Virus record (IMG/VR): IMGVR_UViG_3300045391_005020
Length of the DNA stretch: 64,000 nt
Reading direction: 5' to 3' (one strand)
Origin: a virus
Lineage: Duplodnaviria > Caudoviricetes
Each line of letters opens with the position of its first letter. Within the stretch, counting starts at the first letter, position 1. The translations under genes and the position numbers were made by a program. Below the pieces are notes generated by a model that was given only the letters and a program-made list of their open reading frames with translations, had not been told where the DNA came from and ran no database searches. Below, one piece after another: positions 61,054 through 64,000 of the stretch.

Positions 61054-61461
61054 AAGTGTCCTTGGGGGAAGTTGTGCCCCCAAGGATCACGATTTTTACC
61101 AGTAGTCAAGTCTATTGTCTTGATCTTACCTACGTAGGGAACCCCTAGACGGGCGGGTTCGGGGCGATGTAGTTGGGGTCGAGGTTCGACGGGTCGGCCA
61201 GAAATACGTCCAGGTCCTCGATCGTGAAGTCCTCGAGGTGTCCTTCGTGGTCGCACTCGTAGCACCGAGCGTAGCTCCTATCGCCCCATTCGACGTCACC
61301 GTAGCTGTCGGTGCCGTCGTCGCTGACGTCCATTAGACAGGTGGACTCGATCAGGAGTCGGCGACGGTTCCCGCATTTTGGGCAGGCCTTGTCGGTCAGG
61401 CAGTTGTCGTTCCGCTTGATCTTCTCGACCGGCCCAAATTTCTGGACGAACTCTTCCGGGG

Positions 61462-61956
61462 TCACGCCGCGCCAGCCGCGACCGGCGCCGACTCGGCGAT
61501 GCGGGTCAGCAGGTCCTTCGAGACGATCATGGACTCGACTTCGAGCCAGCCGCCCTGGTGGGACGCGTTGCACGAGAACGACACGCCCGTCTTGTAGACG
61601 CGCATGTACACGCTCACGCCCTGGAAGTCATGGTGGGCGCCGATGTGCGGATAATCCGCGGGCAACTCACGGATCCAGGTGTTTCCGTCCTGACCAAGCA
61701 GGTTCAGACGATCCACGCTGTACCCGAGCTTGTCCGCGACACTGCGCGGAGCGGCCCAGAACACGAACGGGCAATTGAGGGCGAGGTGATCGACCTCGGC
61801 CCCGAGAGCGCCCGAAGCACGCGCCATCGCTTCCACGCTGCCGAGCAGACGAAGGAAGTAACGGGCGCGATCCGGAGTCAGATCGATGGCCGCGCACTGG
61901 CGCGGTTCATCGGGGGCCTGGTCAGCGACCGAAGTCGCGCGGATGAGCAGTTTCAT
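61462..61956 (-). CDS. hypothetical protein
   Basis: AAGGAG SD; 164 aa. Confidence 0.6.
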   Translation of the reverse strand: MKLLIRATSVADQAPDEPRQCAAIDLTPDRARYFLRLLGSVEAMARASGALGAEVDHLALNCPFVFWAAPRSVADKLGYSVDRLNLLGQDGNTWIRELPADYPHIGAHHDFQGVSVYMRVYKTGVSFSCNASHQGGWLEVESMIVSKDLLTRIAESAPVAAGAA

Positions 61957-61966
61957 GGGAACTCCT

Positions 61967-62533
61967 TTAAGCCGTTTTGTTACGAGCTAACTGAACAATG
62001 ACTTGTTGGGTCAGGGACGACACAGCGCTGGTCGGCTGCTGACTTGCGAGTGGGATCAGGATGGCCTCAGCGGCCTCGATGTCGTGGCCGAGAGAGCGCA
62101 ATGCCGCGAGCGCCTGGCCGATCCGTGGATCGACTGTGGCCGCGAGCTCTCCTGATTGCTTGAGATGGTTGATGATGTTGGTCATCTTGGTCGACCCGAC
62201 GCCCTTCACGACCCGTAGGCCCGAAGAGTCGCCGGTCACGACGGCGCGTGCGATCGCATCGTGCCCTAGTTCGGTCACGACCTTGTGGGCGATCTTGGGT
62301 CCGATCCCGTCAGTGCCCTCGACCATGCGGGCAAGCTGGCGTTCCTGGTAGGATTCGAACCCGTACAGGATCACGCCCTTGTCAGTCTGGTGTTGCCAGA
62401 TCCACAAGGTGGCAGGACCGTTCTTGAGCGGGAATCGGCTCCCGACCATGACTTCGTACCCGACCGCGCCGGCCAACAGGACGGCGCTACCAGGCGACGA
62501 AGCCACGATGGTGCCGGCGAGGTAGCTGATCAC
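61967..62533 (-). CDS. ruvA: Holliday junction DNA-binding protein RuvA-like
   Basis: MISYLAG...VGYEV...LYGF...GIGPKIA...VKGVG...ALAALRSLG. Confidence 0.85.
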   Translation of the reverse strand: MISYLAGTIVASSPGSAVLLAGAVGYEVMVGSRFPLKNGPATLWIWQHQTDKGVILYGFESYQERQLARMVEGTDGIGPKIAHKVVTELGHDAIARAVVTGDSSGLRVVKGVGSTKMTNIINHLKQSGELAATVDPRIGQALAALRSLGHDIEAAEAILIPLASQQPTSAVSSLTQQVIVQLARNKTA

Positions 62534-63663
62534 AATGCACCCGCGGCCTCGAGGGCCACCACCAGGGCGCGATCCTTGATGTCGGCGCCGTTCCCGAACT
62601 GAGACGACTCGAAGCGAGCCATCTGGTCCGAGATAGCGCGACGCTGCTGAGTCGGACGCTCGTGGTCGATGTACTGGGTAATCGACTGAAGCGCGCTGAA
62701 GATCGTGTCCTTAGTGCCTTCCAGCTGGCAGGTCGGGCTCGCAAGAATCGCGGACAAGGTATCGTACCGCTTCTTCTCGTTCGCCTCGCGCATCGCCTTC
62801 GCACGTTCCGACTCGTCGCCCGGCTTAGCCTCTTCACCGGGTTCATCCCGGTCAGGCTCGGACTCGTCGACGCTCTCCCAAGTCTTCTTGATGATCTGAC
62901 GGAACAGTTCGTCGGTCAGGTCCTTGCGCGCCAAGATCTCGTAGGCTTCTTTGGTTCGTTCGACGGCCTTCAGGGTGCCGGCGTACGCCTTCTGGATATC
63001 CTCGAGAGCCTTGGTGATGCCCTTGGTGTGACGGATCATGAAGCCACCGGACAGACTCTTTTTCTTCTTACGGCGATTGCGCGCTCGCAGCATGGCTGCG
63101 TCGTGCAATGCCGCGCGCTGGGTATTCTGACACACCACGCGGGTGAGAGTCGGAACGACTCCCAGCATATGGTTGTAGATGTGTCCGTTGGTGAACAGCA
63201 TGTACGGGACGACGGTATCGTCCTTGCCGAGGCGGATCATCAGATCCGGCATCCGGACCAGAAACCACACGGTCTCGCCCTTACCGAGCGCGCCGGCGGT
63301 TTCCCAGATGAGATCATGATCGACGCCGGCGATGCCGCGTGCGACCTCAATAATCTGATAGTTTTGCACCGGTTCGTACGAATCGCGAACCGGACCCAGC
63401 ACAACGCCGTTGTCGGAGCGAGTCATCGAACACCAGCCGTCGACCTGGTGGTAGATCGATTGCGTTTCTCCGCCCCCGATATCGATCACTTCGGCGTGGT
63501 AGAGGGGTTTCTTCTCGACGATCCAATTCAGACCAGCGAGTTCCAGAACTTCGGTGTCCTGGATCGGCTTATCGATAATAGTGCCGAGACCGTGCCATGC
63601 GGGCTCCTTGAGGGAGAACATCGCGGCAGATCCATCGGCCTTACGAGCGAGATTGTGAGCCAT
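62530..63663 (-). CDS. DUF932 family phage/plasmid protein
   Basis: PAWHGLG, AGLNW.VEK, YEPVQN, ETAGALGKGETVW, RVVCQNT, IRHT. Confidence 0.88.
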   Translation of the reverse strand: MAHNLARKADGSAAMFSLKEPAWHGLGTIIDKPIQDTEVLELAGLNWIVEKKPLYHAEVIDIGGGETQSIYHQVDGWCSMTRSDNGVVLGPVRDSYEPVQNYQIIEVARGIAGVDHDLIWETAGALGKGETVWFLVRMPDLMIRLGKDDTVVPYMLFTNGHIYNHMLGVVPTLTRVVCQNTQRAALHDAAMLRARNRRKKKKSLSGGFMIRHTKGITKALEDIQKAYAGTLKAVERTKEAYEILARKDLTDELFRQIIKKTWESVDESEPDRDEPGEEAKPGDESERAKAMREANEKKRYDTLSAILASPTCQLEGTKDTIFSALQSITQYIDHERPTQQRRAISDQMARFESSQFGNGADIKDRALVVALEAAGAL

Positions 63664-63687
63664 ATGATTCCTTGTGGTTCATAAAAC

Positions 63688-63731
63688 AAAATCCCAGTCG
63701 CGAGACTGGGATTGCTGAGATTCAAAGAGCC
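63688..63731 (-). promoter_or_regulatory. boxA followed by a terminator hairpin
   Basis: GGCTCTTTGAATC then AATCCCAGTC-TCGC-GACTGGGATT-TTGTTTT. Confidence 0.6.
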
Positions 63732-64000
63732 AGAGGCTCGTCTGATTAGGCGTCGTTCAGGCGCACGTACACGTATTCGTCTTTGTTGCCCTTCTCGTCG
63801 CGCTGGCGCTTCAGCCGAAAGCCGGTGCGGGCCAGCGACGCGATGATCTCGCGCAGCGGATACGTCCGGTCCTGGTTGGCGAGGCGCCACTCGGGTTCTG
63901 CCTTGGCCGGAATCGCGCACTGTTGATTCACGGCGTCGATGATAACCGGAAGTGTGGTGCCGCCCGGAAGTGCATCCAGGATCGCGTCGAGTGCGGGCTT

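Larger units (their letters stand above)
3017..61118. promoter_or_regulatory. dispersed phage promoter motif ACAAT-N4-TTGAC(T), at least 17 copies
   Basis: + strand: 3017, 7033, 7751, 10615. - strand: 10514, 14491, 15496, 16864, 24372, 28302, 33223, 33839 (TTGCCT variant), 38290, 40636, 44161, 47573, 61104. Almost all lie between genes or at gene junctions. Confidence 0.8.

Noticed and set aside
1-64000. Genome-wide TAG reassignment (alternative genetic code)
   Set aside because: Long genes are intact under code 11, and TAG ends int and pth2 at their expected C-termini. Only one internal amber codon was found.
1-64000. CRISPR array, rRNA, reverse transcriptase/DGR, IS transposase
   Set aside because: No regularly spaced repeats, rRNA signatures, RT motifs or transposase motifs were recognised.

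Overview
GC-rich, almost entirely minus-strand segment of a large temperate bacteriophage. A Gram-negative host is suggested only by one outer-membrane beta-barrel gene. The left part (about 7.4-19 kb) is an 11-kb minus-strand tRNA region with 29 tRNA genes read by hand, including an amber (CUA) suppressor and Ile(UAU). It also holds several tRNA-shaped RNAs with no normal anticodon arm, a ~340-nt structured ncRNA, two Pth2-family genes, and an integrase/excisionase/attP module. The most notable result is a probable 'translation-health' circuit. (1) The tRNA region starts with an unannotated 44-codon leader peptide using 36 different codons, joined to alternative antiterminator/terminator hairpins and a boxA. 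(2) A perfect 17-bp leader-trailer inverted repeat brackets the whole region. (3) A Pth2-like gene has an in-frame UAG at codon 5, about 300 bp from the amber-suppressor tRNA. The rest (19-64 kb) is dense small accessory genes: RtcB, two metallophosphoesterases, ClpP, MazG, peptide deformylase, Nudix, HD (ppGpp-hydrolase-like), cyclic-phosphate receiver, AAA ATPases, RuvA, DUF932, and two expanded paralog families. A recurring promoter motif ACAAT-N4-TTGACT occurs throughout. All calls come from manual reading and motif recognition; no database searches or folding programs were run.
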